Assembly: GCA_902572475.1 (NCBI GenBank)
Contig: CACGGB010000003.1
Span: 10,642-74,641 of the forward strand
Direction: 5' to 3'
Source: an uncultured Pelagibacteraceae bacterium
Lineage (GTDB): Bacteria > Pseudomonadota > Alphaproteobacteria > Pelagibacterales > Pelagibacteraceae
DNA: 64,000 bases
Made by a program: the position numbers and the translations under genes. Below are positions 52,861-64,000 of this stretch, in pieces. Position 1 is the stretch's first letter. Each line of letters begins with the position of its first letter. Below the pieces are notes generated by a model that worked only from the letters and a program-made list of their open reading frames with translations, searched no databases and had not been told where the DNA came from.

Positions 52861-53140
52861 TTACATTGACTCTATAAGAAATCCAATAATAACGGAGAAA
52901 GCTACGATTTTGTCGGAGCAAAATAAAACTGTGTTCAGAGTTCATGAAAAAGCAAATAAAAAAACTATTAAGAAAAATATTGAAAAATTATTTAAGGTAA
53001 GTGTAGTTAAGGTAAATATTATTAATCAAAAAACTAAAGTTAAAATGAAACAAGGCAGAAAATCTTTTAAATCTGGATATAAAAAAGCAATAATCACTCT
53101 AAAAAAAGGTCAGAGTATTGACCTTACAACAGGAATTTAA
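52847..53140 (+). CDS. rplW: 50S ribosomal protein L23
   Basis: PIITEK and KKAIITL. Confidence 0.97.
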   Translation: MKKINYIDSIRNPIITEKATILSEQNKTVFRVHEKANKKTIKKNIEKLFKVSVVKVNIINQKTKVKMKQGRKSFKSGYKKAIITLKKGQSIDLTTGI

Positions 53141-53143
53141 TTA

Positions 53144-53977
53144 ATGGGACTTAAAACATTTAAACCATATACTAAATCGACCAGGGGAACAGTTGTAATT
53201 GATAAAAGTTCTTTATGGAAAGGAACACCTTACAAACCTTTAACCAAAGGTCAAAATTTCACAGGAGGAAGAAACAATAATGGTCGTATAACATCACGTC
53301 ATATTGGTGGCGGATCAAAACATAAGTACAGGATAATTGATTTTTACAGAAAAAAGAAAAACATTACTGCTACTGTAGATAGAATAGAATACGATCCAAA
53401 TAGAACTGCATATATTGCGTTATTAACTTATAAAGATAATGAAAAATCTTACATTATTTGCCCACAAGGTCTTAAGGTTGGAGATAAAGTTGAAGCTGGA
53501 AAAAATGTAGAAATCAAGACTGGAAATTCTTTATCTTTGAGTGACATACCTCCAGGCACTTCATTGCATAATGTTGAATTAATTCCTGGAAATGGGGCTA
53601 AACTAGCTAGATCAGCAGGTTCTTCTGTGACACTTTCCGGTTACGACGGAGAATATGCAATTATAAAATTATCATCAGGTGAAACTAGAAAAGTGAGCAG
53701 TAAATGTATTGCGACAATAGGAGTTGTTTCAAATCCAGACCAAAAAAATATTAAAATTGGTAAAGCAGGAAGAAATAGATGGAGAGGTAAAAGACCACAA
53801 ACTAGAGGAGTAGCAATGAATCCTGTCGACCATCCTCACGGAGGTGGTGAAGGAAAAACCTCTGGTGGTAGAAGTCCTGTTTCTCCTTGGGGACAATCAG
53901 CCAAAGGACTTAAAACTAGAAAGCCAAAACGAAGTGATAAATTAATTATAACGAGAAGGAAGAAGAGAAATAGATAA
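53144..53977 (+). CDS. rplB: 50S ribosomal protein L2
   Basis: EYDPNR and [14 protein letters not shown]. Confidence 0.99.
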   Translation: MGLKTFKPYTKSTRGTVVIDKSSLWKGTPYKPLTKGQNFTGGRNNNGRITSRHIGGGSKHKYRIIDFYRKKKNITATVDRIEYDPNRTAYIALLTYKDNEKSYIICPQGLKVGDKVEAGKNVEIKTGNSLSLSDIPPGTSLHNVELIPGNGAKLARSAGSSVTLSGYDGEYAIIKLSSGETRKVSSKCIATIGVVSNPDQKNIKIGKAGRNRWRGKRPQTRGVAMNPVDHPHGGGEGKTSGGRSPVSPWGQSAKGLKTRKPKRSDKLIITRRKKRNR

Positions 53978-54298
53978 ATGACAAGATCAGTTTGGAAAGG
54001 ACCATTTGTGCACCCAAGTTTATTAAAAAAGATTGATAAACTCAAAGATGCATCTAACAAAAAACCTATTAAAACATGGTCAAGAAACTCAACAATTATT
54101 CCAGATTTTGTAGGTCATAGTTTTATGATTCATAATGGAAAGACATTTATTCCAATTACAATTTCTGAAGAAATGGTTGGTCATAAGCTCGGTGAATTTG
54201 CTCCAACAAGAACTTTTAAAGGTCACACGCCAGCTGATAAAAAAGCAGCAGCTGCAGCTCCAGATGCTAGCAAACCTGCTGCGGGAGATAAAAAATAA
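53978..54298 (+). CDS. rpsS: 30S ribosomal protein S19
   Basis: RSVWKGPF and [11 protein letters not shown]. Ala/Lys-rich C-terminal tail. Confidence 0.98.
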   Translation: MTRSVWKGPFVHPSLLKKIDKLKDASNKKPIKTWSRNSTIIPDFVGHSFMIHNGKTFIPITISEEMVGHKLGEFAPTRTFKGHTPADKKAAAAAPDASKPAAGDKK

Positions 54299-54672
54299 TG
54301 GTAAAAGAGAACACACTTGTAAAAGCTATAAATAAGAACGTAAGATCAAGTCCTAGAAAATTATCATTAGTTTGTAATTTTATTAAAGGAAAAAAAGCTG
54401 ATGTAGCTTTGAGAGATCTAGAGTTTACAAGAAAAAGAGTTGCAAAAGACGTTAGTAAAACGGTCAAATCAGCTATATCAAACGCAGAGAATAATTATCA
54501 ATTTGATATTGATAATCTAATTGTTAAAGAAGCATTCGTTGGAAAATCCTTAGTAATGAAAAGGTATAGACCAAGAGCTAAAGGGAGAGCTAGTCCGATA
54601 AAAAAACCGTTTAGTAGAATTACAATTGTACTTGAAGAAAAAAAATTAGATAAAAAAAAGGGAACAAAATAA
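54298..54672 (+). CDS. rplV: 50S ribosomal protein L22
   Basis: SPRK, SAISNA and PRAKGRA. Confidence 0.98.
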   Translation: MVKENTLVKAINKNVRSSPRKLSLVCNFIKGKKADVALRDLEFTRKRVAKDVSKTVKSAISNAENNYQFDIDNLIVKEAFVGKSLVMKRYRPRAKGRASPIKKPFSRITIVLEEKKLDKKKGTK

Positions 54673-55358
54673 TGGGACAAAAAATTAATCCAATTGGACT
54701 AAGACTAGGAATAAATAGAGGTTGGGACTCGACTTGGTATGCAAAAAAGAAAGATTTTGGAAGATATTTAATTGAAGATTTTAAAATTAGACAATTTATA
54801 AAAAAAAATATTGTAAATTCAGGTGTATCAGAAATCATAATTGAGAGATCTTCAAAAAAATGTACAGTTTCTATTCATACATCAAGACCAGGATTTGTGA
54901 TTGGTAAAAAAGGTGCAGATATAGAAAAAATAAAAAAAAATATAATGAAAATTACCGATAGCGATGTAAACGTGAACATAAAAGAGATTAAAAAACCTGA
55001 GCTCAACTCCAATTTAGTTGCTGAAAATATTGCTCAACAACTAGTAAAGCGTGTTGCTTACAGGAGAGCTATGAAAAGAGCTATGCAGTCAGCTATGAGA
55101 TTAAATGCAAAAGGGATCAAAGTGATGTTGAGTGGTAGACTTGCAGGAAATGAGATAGCAAGAACAGAATGGTTAAGAGAGGGAAGCATCCCATCACACA
55201 CATTAAGAGCTGACATTGATTACGGATTTGCAGAAGCACTTACAACATATGGAATAATTGGTGTAAAGGTTTGGATTTATAAAGGTGAGTTAATGGCTAA
55301 GGACGTTGAAAAAGAAAAAAAAGAAAAGGTAAAAAATGCTACAACCAGTCAGAACTAA
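54672..55358 (+). CDS. rpsC: 30S ribosomal protein S3
   Basis: [22 protein letters not shown] and GIIGVKVWI. Confidence 0.99.
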   Translation: MGQKINPIGLRLGINRGWDSTWYAKKKDFGRYLIEDFKIRQFIKKNIVNSGVSEIIIERSSKKCTVSIHTSRPGFVIGKKGADIEKIKKNIMKITDSDVNVNIKEIKKPELNSNLVAENIAQQLVKRVAYRRAMKRAMQSAMRLNAKGIKVMLSGRLAGNEIARTEWLREGSIPSHTLRADIDYGFAEALTTYGIIGVKVWIYKGELMAKDVEKEKKEKVKNATTSQN

Positions 55359-55740
55359 ATATAGAAAAGCTTTCAAAGGCAGAATACATGGGAACGCTTC
55401 AAGAGCGGTTAAATTAAATTACGGACAATTTGGGCTAAAAGCTATTGAGCCAGAAAGAATTATCGGTAAACAAATTGAAGCAGCACGAGTTGCTTTAACA
55501 AGATACATGAAAAGAACCGGTAAAGTTTGGACAAGAATTTTCCCAAATATACCAGTATCTAAAAAACCAACCGAGGTTAGAATGGGTAAAGGAAAAGGAT
55601 CTCCAGAATATTATGCATGCAGAGTAAAACCAGGAAGAATCATATTTGAAATTGATGGTGTGAGCGAAGAAGTAGCCAGGGAAGCTTTATACAAAGCCTC
55701 AGCAAAATTACCAATCAAAACAAAATTTATTAAAAGATAA
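55336..55740 (+). CDS. rplP: 50S ribosomal protein L16
   Basis: MLQP and RMGKGKG. Confidence 0.98.
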   Translation: MLQPVRTKYRKAFKGRIHGNASRAVKLNYGQFGLKAIEPERIIGKQIEAARVALTRYMKRTGKVWTRIFPNIPVSKKPTEVRMGKGKGSPEYYACRVKPGRIIFEIDGVSEEVAREALYKASAKLPIKTKFIKR

Positions 55741-55742
55741 AA

Positions 55743-55931
55743 ATGAACAAAAAAAAACAAGATAAAAAACTTACAAAAGATCAAGCTGAGAAAAAGATTC
55801 TCACTTTAAAAAGAGATCTTTTTAATATTAGATTTAAAAAAGTAAATAACCAGGTAAATAATCCTGCTCAATATAATGAGATTAAAAAAAGTATAGCTAG
55901 GCTATACACAACAATAAAGAATTCTAAATGA
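55743..55931 (+). CDS. rpmC: 50S ribosomal protein L29
   Basis: LFNIRF and KKSIARLYT. Synteny. Confidence 0.93.
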   Translation: MNKKKQDKKLTKDQAEKKILTLKRDLFNIRFKKVNNQVNNPAQYNEIKKSIARLYTTIKNSK

Positions 55932-56155
55932 CAAAAAAGATTTTGAAAGGAACTGTAACAAGTGCAAAAAATGATAAAACTATTGTAGTTGAAGTTACAA
56001 GAAAGTTTAAGCACCCTTTTTATGAAAAGATTATTAAAAGGTCAAAAAAATATCATGCACATGATGAAAAAAATAAATTTAAAGAAGGTGAAAAAGTTTC
56101 AATAATTGAGTGTAAACCATTTTCTAAAAAGAAAACTTGGCAGGTAGTTGAATAA
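55928..56155 (+). CDS. rpsQ: 30S ribosomal protein S17
   Basis: KTIVV, HP.Y.K, AHDE and PFSKKK.W. Confidence 0.97.
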   Translation: MTKKILKGTVTSAKNDKTIVVEVTRKFKHPFYEKIIKRSKKYHAHDEKNKFKEGEKVSIIECKPFSKKKTWQVVE

Positions 56156-56523
56156 TGATACAGATACAAACAGAATTGACAGTGGCTGATAATACAGGAG
56201 CAAAAAGAGTTGAGTGTATTAAGGTTTTAGGTGGCTCAAAAAGAAGATATGCATCTGTTGGAGATATTATAGTTATAAGCGTTAAAGACGCTATACCAAA
56301 AGGCAAAGTTAAAAAAGGAGCAGTACATAAAGCAGTAGTAGTTAGAACTAGAAAAGAAATTTACAGAAATGACGGGTCTAAAGTACAGTTTGATAATAAC
56401 GCAGTAGTTTTAACTGATGATAAAGGAGAGCCAATTGGAACAAGAATATTTGGTCCCGTTACTAGAGAATTAAGAACAAGAGGGCACACAAAAATAATTT
56501 CACTTGCACCGGAGGTACTATAA
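56155..56523 (+). CDS. rplN: 50S ribosomal protein L14
   Basis: [15 protein letters not shown] and SLAPEVL. Confidence 0.99.
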   Translation: MIQIQTELTVADNTGAKRVECIKVLGGSKRRYASVGDIIVISVKDAIPKGKVKKGAVHKAVVVRTRKEIYRNDGSKVQFDNNAVVLTDDKGEPIGTRIFGPVTRELRTRGHTKIISLAPEVL

Positions 56524-56772
56524 ATGATTCTAAAAAAAGGTAATCAAGTTAAAATATTAGCAGGTAAAGATAGAGGAAAGACTGGTGAAGTTTTAGAAAT
56601 TGACAGAAAAATGAATAAAATAAAAATCAAGTCTATTAATATGATCAAAAAACACTTGAAACCCACAAAGGAAAATAAAGGTGGAATCATTTCAAAAGAA
56701 AACTTCATCCATATATCAAATGTTAAAAACATAGATACTAAAAAAAAACAATCAAAAGAGGTTAAAAAATAA
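56524..56772 (+). CDS. rplX: 50S ribosomal protein L24 (short)
   Basis: KOW motif GKDRGKTG and IHISNV. Confidence 0.95.
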   Translation: MILKKGNQVKILAGKDRGKTGEVLEIDRKMNKIKIKSINMIKKHLKPTKENKGGIISKENFIHISNVKNIDTKKKQSKEVKK

Positions 56773-57323
56773 TGATACCTAGGCTTAAAATATCTTACGA
56801 AAAAGAAATAGTTTCTAAATTAATGGGAAAGTTATCTCTAAAGAACAAACATGAGGTCCCAAAAATTACAAAAATTATACTTAATATGGGTTTAGGTGAA
56901 GATGCTTCGGATGGAAAAAAATTAAAAGCATGTTTGGATGATCTTGCCTTGATTTCTGGTCAGAAGCCAATTGTAACTAAATTTAAAAAATCAATTTCAA
57001 ATTTCAAGACAAGAAAAGGATCAAATGCAGGCGCAAAAGTAACTTTGAGGTCTTATAAAATGTACGAATTTATAGATAGATTGGTAAATATTGCATTACC
57101 ACGCATAAAAGATTTTAGAGGTTTGTCTGCTAAAGGTATTGATCAGTCTAATAACTTTTCATTTGGAGTTAAAGAGCACATAATATTTCCTGAAGTAAAT
57201 TTTGATAAAGTAGATAAAATTAGAGGACTTGATATTACAATTGTAACAACAAGTTCTAATAAAGAAGGAACTTTAGAATTATTAAAAGAATTTAACTTTC
57301 CTTTAAACAACAAGAAAAACTGA
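56772..57323 (+). CDS. rplE: 50S ribosomal protein L5
   Basis: [13 protein letters not shown] and IFPE. Confidence 0.98.
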   Translation: MIPRLKISYEKEIVSKLMGKLSLKNKHEVPKITKIILNMGLGEDASDGKKLKACLDDLALISGQKPIVTKFKKSISNFKTRKGSNAGAKVTLRSYKMYEFIDRLVNIALPRIKDFRGLSAKGIDQSNNFSFGVKEHIIFPEVNFDKVDKIRGLDITIVTTSSNKEGTLELLKEFNFPLNNKKN

Positions 57324-57330
57324 GGTAAAA

Positions 57331-57636
57331 ATGGCAAAAACGAGTGCGATACAAAAAAATTTAAAAAGAATTAAGTTAGTAAAAAAATACGCAAAAAAAA
57401 GAGCTGCGCTTAAAAAAATAATTAATAATAAAAAATTAGACTTATCAGAGAGATTTGATGCTCAGTTAAAACTTAACAAGTTGCCAAAAAACTCTGCAAA
57501 AATCAGAATTAGAAACAGATGTGAGGTTACAGGAAGACCGCACGGCGTTTACAGAAAATTAAAAATTTCTAGAATTGCTCTTAGGGATATGGCGTCCTCA
57601 GGTAAAATTCCAGGAATAACGAAAGCAAGTTGGTAG
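57331..57636 (+). CDS. rpsN: 30S ribosomal protein S14 (101-aa zinc-independent type)
   Basis: [10 protein letters not shown] and IPGITKASW. Confidence 0.98.
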   Translation: MAKTSAIQKNLKRIKLVKKYAKKRAALKKIINNKKLDLSERFDAQLKLNKLPKNSAKIRIRNRCEVTGRPHGVYRKLKISRIALRDMASSGKIPGITKASW

Positions 57637-57643
57637 GAGGAAA

Positions 57644-58042
57644 ATGACATTAACAGACCCAATAGGCGATATGTTTTCAAGAATTAGAAATGGTCAAATG
57701 AGATCATTAAATTCTGTTGAAATTCCATCTTCAAAATTTAGAAAAAACATATTAGAAATTTTAAAGACCGAAGGCTATATAAAAGATTATTTTATTGAAA
57801 AAACAGTTAATAATAAAACTAGTCTTAAAATTACACTTAAATATTACGAAGGTGATCCAGTTATTAAAGAAATAAAAAGAATTTCTAAACCAGGTAGACG
57901 CGTTTACTCAAGAGCTACAAGTATTCCAAGGGTAATGAATGGATTAGGCATAGCAATCCTTTCAACCCCAAAAGGTGTGATGAGCGACACTGATGCCAGA
58001 AAAAATAATCTAGGTGGCGAAATAATTTGTAAGGTATTTTAA
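57644..58042 (+). CDS. rpsH: 30S ribosomal protein S8
   Basis: DPIGDM..RIRN, SKPGRRVY and GGE. Confidence 0.98.
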   Translation: MTLTDPIGDMFSRIRNGQMRSLNSVEIPSSKFRKNILEILKTEGYIKDYFIEKTVNNKTSLKITLKYYEGDPVIKEIKRISKPGRRVYSRATSIPRVMNGLGIAILSTPKGVMSDTDARKNNLGGEIICKVF

Positions 58043-58584
58043 TGTCCAAAATTGGTAAAAAAAATATTGTTATTCCAAAAGACTCCTCGGTAAAGATCGA
58101 GGGACCAAACCTAACTTTTACTGGACCAAAAGGGACAAAAAAATTAACAATTAATGATAAAATTTTCTCTTCTCAGTTAAATGATAGCGAACTTCAAATA
58201 AAACCCATTGAAAAAAATATAGACAAAAAAATATCAGTTATGTGGGGAACCTACAGAAGTCTAATAAATAATGCTGTTACTGGCGTTACAACTGGCCATG
58301 AAAAAATATTAGAATTAAGTGGTGTTGGGTTTAGAGCAAATCTTAAAGGAGAGATTCTAAATTTACAAATTGGTTTTAGTCATGATGTAAACTTCAAAAT
58401 ACCAAAAGAAATAAAGATACAAGTCGAGAAACAAACTATTATAAAAATTAGTGGTGTCGACAAAGAACTAGTTTCAAAAATTGCAGCTGATTTAAAAAAT
58501 TTGAAACCTGTTGAACCTTACAAGGCCAAAGGTATCAAAGAAAGAGGTCAATTTGTTCTAAGAAAAGAAGGTAAAAAGAAATAA
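58042..58584 (+). CDS. rplF: 50S ribosomal protein L6
   Basis: MSKIGK, GVGFRA and EPYKAKGI. Confidence 0.98.
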   Translation: MSKIGKKNIVIPKDSSVKIEGPNLTFTGPKGTKKLTINDKIFSSQLNDSELQIKPIEKNIDKKISVMWGTYRSLINNAVTGVTTGHEKILELSGVGFRANLKGEILNLQIGFSHDVNFKIPKEIKIQVEKQTIIKISGVDKELVSKIAADLKNLKPVEPYKAKGIKERGQFVLRKEGKKK

Positions 58585-58937
58585 TGAGAAAATCTAATAA
58601 TAAAATAAAAAGAAAATTAAGGAACAGAAAAAAACTGAAAGATGTTAATACTGATAAATTCAGAATATCAATAACAAAATCACTTAAAAATTTATCTGCT
58701 CAAATAATCGATGATAAAAATAAGAAAACATTAGTTTCAGTTTCTTCAACGGAAAAAGAAGTTAAGAATAAAAAAATCAAAAAAATGGAAAAATCAAATT
58801 TAATTGGAGAAATATTAGCTAAAAGGGCGAAAGAAAAAAATATTACCAATGTTTATTTTGATAGAGGTGCGTACAAATATCATGGGAGAGTTAAAACTTT
58901 TGCCGAAACATTAAGAAAAAACGGGATGAAATTTTAA
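58584..58937 (+). CDS. rplR: 50S ribosomal protein L18
   Basis: AQIIDD and [12 protein letters not shown]. Confidence 0.97.
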   Translation: MRKSNNKIKRKLRNRKKLKDVNTDKFRISITKSLKNLSAQIIDDKNKKTLVSVSSTEKEVKNKKIKKMEKSNLIGEILAKRAKEKNITNVYFDRGAYKYHGRVKTFAETLRKNGMKF

Positions 58938-58938
58938 T

Positions 58939-59457
58939 ATGAGTGATAGTAAAAAAATAGAAAGTGAAATTAAAGAAAAACTTGTTGCAATAAATAGGAT
59001 TACCAAAGTCGTTAAAGGTGGTAGGAGATTTGGTTTTGCTGCTTTAGTTGTAGTTGGAAATCAAAAGGGTACAATTGGTATTGGACAAGGAAAGTCAAAA
59101 CAAGTTCCAGACGCAATAAAGAAAGCTACAGAAGTAGCAAAAAGAAATTTAATTAAAATTCCGTTAAAAGAAGGTAGGACATTGCATCATGATGTAAAAG
59201 GTAAAAACGGCTCAGGAAAAGTTTTTTTAAGAGCGGCCCCTTCAGGCACGGGTATAATTGCAGGTGGAGCAATAAGATCAGTGTGTGAAGTTTTAGGTAT
59301 TCAGGATGTGGTTGCAAAATCACTAGGTTCTGCAAATCCGCACAATGTTTTAAAAGCTTGTGTAAACGGATTGAAATCTCAAAATTCACCAAAAATATTA
59401 TCAGCAATTAGGGGCAAAAAAATATCTGAAATAGTATCTAAAAGAGAGAGCAAATAA
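58939..59457 (+). CDS. rpsE: 30S ribosomal protein S5
   Basis: KVVKGGRRF and GTGIIAGG. Confidence 0.99.
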   Translation: MSDSKKIESEIKEKLVAINRITKVVKGGRRFGFAALVVVGNQKGTIGIGQGKSKQVPDAIKKATEVAKRNLIKIPLKEGRTLHHDVKGKNGSGKVFLRAAPSGTGIIAGGAIRSVCEVLGIQDVVAKSLGSANPHNVLKACVNGLKSQNSPKILSAIRGKKISEIVSKRESK

Positions 59458-59909
59458 TGAAACTTGATAGCTTAGTTAAAAATAATAAAAAAAAAATCAG
59501 AGTTGGAAGAGGTATAGGAACTGGGAAAGGTAAAACTTCTTCAAGAGGTCATAAAGGACAGAAGTCAAGATCAGGCGTTGCAATAAAAAGCTTTGAAGGT
59601 GGTCAAATGCCATTATACAGAAGATTACCTAAAAGAGGTTTTAAATCTTTTAACAAAAAAAATATTGCTATATTGAATTTATCAAAAATACAGAGCATAT
59701 TAGATAAGGGAACAAATAAAATTAAAGATACTTTAGATATAAAAATTCTTAAAGAAAAAAAATTAATAAACAAGAAATACTCAAAGTTAAAAATTCTTGG
59801 GACCGGGGAAATTAAAAAAAATATTGAAATATCAGCACACTTTGCCTCAAAGCAAGCATCAGAAAAAATTGAAAAAGCTGGTGGAAAATTAAGTATTGTT
59901 AAAAAATAA
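59457..59909 (+). CDS. rplO: 50S ribosomal protein L15
   Basis: GRGIGTGKGKT and FEGGQMPLYRRLPKRGF. Confidence 0.98.
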   Translation: MKLDSLVKNNKKKIRVGRGIGTGKGKTSSRGHKGQKSRSGVAIKSFEGGQMPLYRRLPKRGFKSFNKKNIAILNLSKIQSILDKGTNKIKDTLDIKILKEKKLINKKYSKLKILGTGEIKKNIEISAHFASKQASEKIEKAGGKLSIVKK

Positions 59910-59911
59910 TA

Positions 59912-61216
59912 ATGTCGAGCGATACACTTAACACAACTGGTGCATTTAGTCAGGCTAAAGATCTAAAGAACAGAATTCTTTTTACAATAATAATATTGTC
60001 AATTTATCGTTTAGGGACTTATGTACCTTTGTCAGGCATTGATCCAATGGCTCTTAAAGAAATAATGAGTTCTAGTCAAAAAGGTTTATTGGGAATGTTT
60101 AATATGTTTTCTGGCGGTGCTGTAACACGAATGGCAATATTTGCCCTAGGTATTATGCCATACATTTCATCCTCAATTATTGTTCAATTATTAACTGGTG
60201 TTTCCGATTATTTTAAAAATTTAAAAGAGCAAGGGGAAATTGGAAGAAAAAAAATCACTCAAATAACAAGATATGGAACAGTATTAATTGCAATGCTTCA
60301 AGGTTATGGGGTTTCAGTAGGATTGGAAAATGCTGGAAATTTAGTAATAGAACCTGGATTATCATTTAGATTAATTACAACAATATCTCTTGTTGCAGGA
60401 ACCACTTTTTTGATGTGGCTTGGGGAACAAATTACTTTGAGAGGAGTGGGAAACGGAATATCTTTAATTATTTTTTCTGGTATCGTAGCTGAGATTCCTA
60501 GAGCTTTAGCCTCTACATTTGAACTTGGAAGAACCGGCGCACTTTCAGCACTAATGATTGTTGGTATATTTATTTTAGTAATACTTACAGTGCTATTTAT
60601 TGTATTTTTTGAGAGAGCTATGAGAAAGATATTGATTAATTATCCAAAAAGACAAGTAGGTAATAAAATGTATGGAGGGGAGTCATCTCATCTACCTTTA
60701 AAAATAAATACAGCAGGCGTTATACCTGCTATTTTTGCTTCAGCACTTTTATTATTACCAATAACAGTAACTAATTTTGGATTTACTGAATCAGATACTT
60801 TTTTAAAAGTTTCTTCGATGTTTACCCAAGGTCAACCTTTATATATGTTGTTATATGCTTCTGGGATTATATTTTTCTCTTTTTTTTATACGTCTATAGT
60901 TTTCAATCCAAAAGAAACTGCAGAAAATTTAAGAAAATATGGAGGTTACATACCTGGTATAAGACCAGGTGAGAGAACTGCAGAATATATTGATACTATA
61001 TTAATGCGTTTAACGACTGTTGGTTCAATGTATTTAACTTTTGTTTGTCTAATGCCTGAATTTTTAATAGCTAAATATCCTATACCCTTTTATTTAGGTG
61101 GAACATCAATTTTAATAGTAGTAGTTGTTGCGATGGATACTGTAACACAAGTACAAACTAGACTAATGAGCTCTCAATACGAGTCTTTAATTAGAAAAAC
61201 AAAATTTGGTAAATAG
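59912..61216 (+). CDS. secY: Preprotein translocase SecY
   Basis: LGIMPYI, GNGISL, AGVIPAIFA, PGIRPG and GGTSILI. Confidence 0.99.
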   Translation: MSSDTLNTTGAFSQAKDLKNRILFTIIILSIYRLGTYVPLSGIDPMALKEIMSSSQKGLLGMFNMFSGGAVTRMAIFALGIMPYISSSIIVQLLTGVSDYFKNLKEQGEIGRKKITQITRYGTVLIAMLQGYGVSVGLENAGNLVIEPGLSFRLITTISLVAGTTFLMWLGEQITLRGVGNGISLIIFSGIVAEIPRALASTFELGRTGALSALMIVGIFILVILTVLFIVFFERAMRKILINYPKRQVGNKMYGGESSHLPLKINTAGVIPAIFASALLLLPITVTNFGFTESDTFLKVSSMFTQGQPLYMLLYASGIIFFSFFYTSIVFNPKETAENLRKYGGYIPGIRPGERTAEYIDTILMRLTTVGSMYLTFVCLMPEFLIAKYPIPFYLGGTSILIVVVVAMDTVTQVQTRLMSSQYESLIRKTKFGK

Positions 61217-61221
61217 GGATA

Positions 61222-61794
61222 ATGAATATAATTATATTCGGACCTCCGGGAGCAGGAAAAGGCACTCAATCAAAATTCATAGAAAAAAAATATAATTTAT
61301 TACAACTTTCTACAGGTGAACTTTTAAGAAATGAAATTAAAAATAAAACTCAGCTAGGTTTAGAAATATCATCAATCATAAATTCTGGTGATCTTGTATC
61401 TGATGAAATTGTAAGTAAATTAATTGAAAAATATATTTCTGATCAACAAAATAAACAAAGACTTATTTTTGATGGATATCCGAGAAATATAGATCAAGCA
61501 AAAAATTTAGATAAATTATTAAAAAAATATAATCAACGAATTGATATTGTTTTAAAACTGTCTGTAAGTTTGGAGACTATAAAAAAAAGAATTACTGAAA
61601 GAAAATCCCAGGAGCAAAGAACTGATGATAGCGACGAAATTGCAATAAAAAGATTTAAGACTTATGAATTATCATCAGAACCAGTTTTAGATTATTACAA
61701 GCAATCAAATTTGCTTAAAGTCATTAATGGTGAAAATACGATTTCCGAAATTAATGTTGAAATTAGCGGGTTAATTGACGCTATCAAGGGTTGA
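61222..61794 (+). CDS. adk: Adenylate kinase, short-LID type
   Basis: GPPGAGKGT, STGELLR, DGYPR and R.DD. No long LID domain. Confidence 0.96.
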   Translation: MNIIIFGPPGAGKGTQSKFIEKKYNLLQLSTGELLRNEIKNKTQLGLEISSIINSGDLVSDEIVSKLIEKYISDQQNKQRLIFDGYPRNIDQAKNLDKLLKKYNQRIDIVLKLSVSLETIKKRITERKSQEQRTDDSDEIAIKRFKTYELSSEPVLDYYKQSNLLKVINGENTISEINVEISGLIDAIKG

Positions 61795-61818
61795 CTTTAA
61801 ATGATTTCACAATATAAA
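61791..61818 (+). promoter_or_regulatory. Sigma70-like promoter of the alpha operon
   Basis: TTGACT-16nt-TATAAA overlapping the adk stop. Confidence 0.55.
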
Positions 61819-61846
61819 TACCCAGGAACTTAAATTCATAAATCAT

Positions 61847-62230
61847 ATGGCGCGAATAGCAGGAATAAACATTCCACAAAATAAAGTTGTTAGCATAGCT
61901 CTTACTTATATTCACGGTATAGGTTTACATTCATCTAAAAAAATCTGCGAAAAGCTTAGCATACCATCAACCAAAAGAGTTAACGATTTATCCGAAGAAG
62001 AAGTACTTAAAATCAGAGAATATATTGACGGTAACCATAAAGTTGAGGGGGATCTCAGAAGAGAAGTTTCTGTAAATATTAAAAGATTGGTTGATTTGGC
62101 TTGTTATAGAGGAACAAGACATAAAAAAAAATTACCTGTGAGAGGACAAAGAACTCAGTGTAACGCAAGAACTCGTAAAGGAAAAGCTATAGCAATCGCA
62201 GGAAAAAAACTTACTCCATTAAAGAAATAA
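61847..62230 (+). CDS. rpsM: 30S ribosomal protein S13
   Basis: MARIAG and LPVRGQRT. Confidence 0.99.
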   Translation: MARIAGINIPQNKVVSIALTYIHGIGLHSSKKICEKLSIPSTKRVNDLSEEEVLKIREYIDGNHKVEGDLRREVSVNIKRLVDLACYRGTRHKKKLPVRGQRTQCNARTRKGKAIAIAGKKLTPLKK

Positions 62231-62237
62231 CAAGCAA

Positions 62238-62684
62238 ATGAACAAAAAAAAAGATAAAGTTGAAAAGAAAGTTGAAGTTAAAAAAGTTGAAGAGAAGAAA
62301 GTTTCTTCTTTTAAAAAAAAGAAAAAAGTAAAGAAAAATATTACATCTGGAGTAGCATATGTCTATTCAACTTTTAATAATACTATTATTTCAATTGCTG
62401 ATGAAAATGGTAACGTCGTTTCCTGGTCGTCTGCTGGAGCTAAAGGATTCAAAGGGTCAAGAAAATCAACACCATATGCAGCTCAAGTAGCAGCTGATGA
62501 TGCTGGAGCTAAAGCGTATGATCAAGGTTTAAGAACGTTAACAGTTCAAGTTAAAGGACCAGGCTCCGGAAGAGAAACAGCTTTACGTTCACTTCAATCA
62601 AAAGGATTTAAAATTTTATCGATAAGAGACACAACACCAATGCCACATAATGGTGCAAGACCACCAAAAAGAAGGAGAGTATAA
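62238..62684 (+). CDS. rpsK: 30S ribosomal protein S11
   Basis: STFNNTI, KSTPYAA and PHNG.RPPK. Lys-rich N-terminal extension. Confidence 0.98.
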   Translation: MNKKKDKVEKKVEVKKVEEKKVSSFKKKKKVKKNITSGVAYVYSTFNNTIISIADENGNVVSWSSAGAKGFKGSRKSTPYAAQVAADDAGAKAYDQGLRTLTVQVKGPGSGRETALRSLQSKGFKILSIRDTTPMPHNGARPPKRRRV

Positions 62685-63718
62685 TGCAAACAACCACAAA
62701 TGTAATTGACAAAAACTGGAAAGCTTTAATTAAACCGAATAAATTAAATATTACAAGCAATGACGATAAGACAATAGCTAAAGTAATTGCAGAACCATTA
62801 GAAAAAGGTTTTGGACAAACTATTGGGAATTCATTAAGAAGAATATTATTATCTTCAATACAAGGTGCAGCAGTAACAGCTATTCAAATTGATGGGGTTT
62901 TACACGAATTTTCCTCTATTAAAGGAGTAAGAGAAGACGTAACTGATATTGTTTTAAATGTAAAAAACTTAGCCATCAAATCATCCTCATCAAACCCTAA
63001 GAAAATTATTCTTGATATTAAAGGACCCAAAGAAGTAAAAGCTAAAGATATAACATTAGTACCAGAAGTAGAAATCTTAAATCCAGAACAGACTATATGT
63101 AACCTAGATGAGAAAACAAATTTTCATATGGAATTAATGGTAAGCACTGGTAAAGGTTATGTGCAAGCACAAAAAAACAAATCAGAAGATAGTCCTTTAG
63201 GGTTAATTTCGATTGACTCATTATTTAGCCCAGTTAAAAAAGTTTCATTTTCAGTTGAAAATACGAGAGCAGGTAGTGCATTAGATTATGATAAGTTAGT
63301 TATGACGGTTGAAACTAATGGCACTGTAGATGCAGAGGATGCTATAGCTTACTCAGCTAGAATATTTCAAGATCAATTATCAATGTTTGTCAATTTTGAG
63401 GACCCGCAAGAAGTTATTAAAGAAGTTAAATCATCTGAACCTGAGTTTAATAGAAATTTATTAAAACGTGTAGAAGAACTTGAGCTTTCGGTGAGATCAA
63501 TGAACTGTCTAAAAAATGATAATATAATTTATATTGGTGACTTAGTTCAAAAAACAGAGCCAGAAATGTTAAGAACCCCAAACTTTGGTAGAAAATCTCT
63601 CAATGAAATTAAAGAGGTTTTAAACACAATGTCTTTATATCTTGGAATGGAAATACCTAATTGGCCACCAGATAATATTGCAGAATTGTCTAAGAAATTA
63701 GAGGAAAATAATTACTAA
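62684..63718 (+). CDS. rpoA: RNA polymerase alpha subunit
   Basis: [28 protein letters not shown] and NFGRKSL. Confidence 0.99.
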   Translation: MQTTTNVIDKNWKALIKPNKLNITSNDDKTIAKVIAEPLEKGFGQTIGNSLRRILLSSIQGAAVTAIQIDGVLHEFSSIKGVREDVTDIVLNVKNLAIKSSSSNPKKIILDIKGPKEVKAKDITLVPEVEILNPEQTICNLDEKTNFHMELMVSTGKGYVQAQKNKSEDSPLGLISIDSLFSPVKKVSFSVENTRAGSALDYDKLVMTVETNGTVDAEDAIAYSARIFQDQLSMFVNFEDPQEVIKEVKSSEPEFNRNLLKRVEELELSVRSMNCLKNDNIIYIGDLVQKTEPEMLRTPNFGRKSLNEIKEVLNTMSLYLGMEIPNWPPDNIAELSKKLEENNY

Positions 63719-64000
63719 TGAGACACGGTTTAGGATATAGAAAATTAAATAAAACAAGCGAACATAGAAAAGCATTATTTAAAAACATGCTTAATTCTCT
63801 TATTAAGTACGAACAAATTATCACTACACTTCCTAAGGCAAAGGAATTAAAGCCTCAAATAGATAAAGTTATTACGATAGGGAAAGATAAAAATTTAAGT
63901 AATAAAAAAAGATTATTTTCAAAACTTCAAGATAAAAAATCTGTAACTAAAGTATTTGAAGAATTATCTAAGAGATATAGCTCAAGAAAAGGCGGATATT
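63718..64000 (+). CDS. rplQ: 50S ribosomal protein L17 (runs off the window; absent from the ORF track)
   Basis: Hand translation [49 protein letters not shown] overlap with rpoA. Confidence 0.97.
   Translation, partial: MRHGLGYRKLNKTSEHRKALFKNMLNSLIKYEQIITTLPKAKELKPQIDKVITIGKDKNLSNKKRLFSKLQDKKSVTKVFEELSKRYSSRKGGY

Noticed and set aside
61217-62684. Absence of infA, rpmJ, map and rpsD from the adk-alpha region
   Set aside because: This is the normal alphaproteobacterial arrangement. map and rpsD occur elsewhere in this window.

Overview
AT-rich, densely packed alphaproteobacterial chromosome segment. Minimal intergenic spacers, many TAATG/ATGA overlaps, Lys-rich proteins and a single tuf point to Candidatus Pelagibacter / SAR11; this is inferred from composition and gene order, not from a database search. 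The left half (1-35 kb) carries class Ia ribonucleotide reductase, a divergent Anbu protease / circularly permuted ATP-grasp pair, znuA-znuCB-zur with tandem Zur boxes, and a ProX/ProW-type transporter without ATPase that converges on a prpB-prpC-small ORF-homocysteine methyltransferase unit. It continues with lysE, gph, an N-terminally truncated glmU, glmS, a small beta-CA-like protein, class II DAHP synthase, nadE, cysS, cimA, trmJ, rpsD, a methyltransferase, grxD-bolA-purLQSCB-map-sfsA, a CinA-like gene, GT9, nadK, rlmB and tRNAs. The right half (35.5-64 kb) is the tRNA-tuf-secE-nusG-rplKAJL-rpoBC-str-S10-spc-alpha supercluster, with no second tuf and no rpmD. No mobile element, prophage or CRISPR array is visible. 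Best leads: a two-gene Anbu/ATP-grasp module lacking its usual partners, a possible methyl-onium uptake/demethylation/methylcitrate locus with a structured SAM-V-like leader, and the acetyltransferase-only GlmU.
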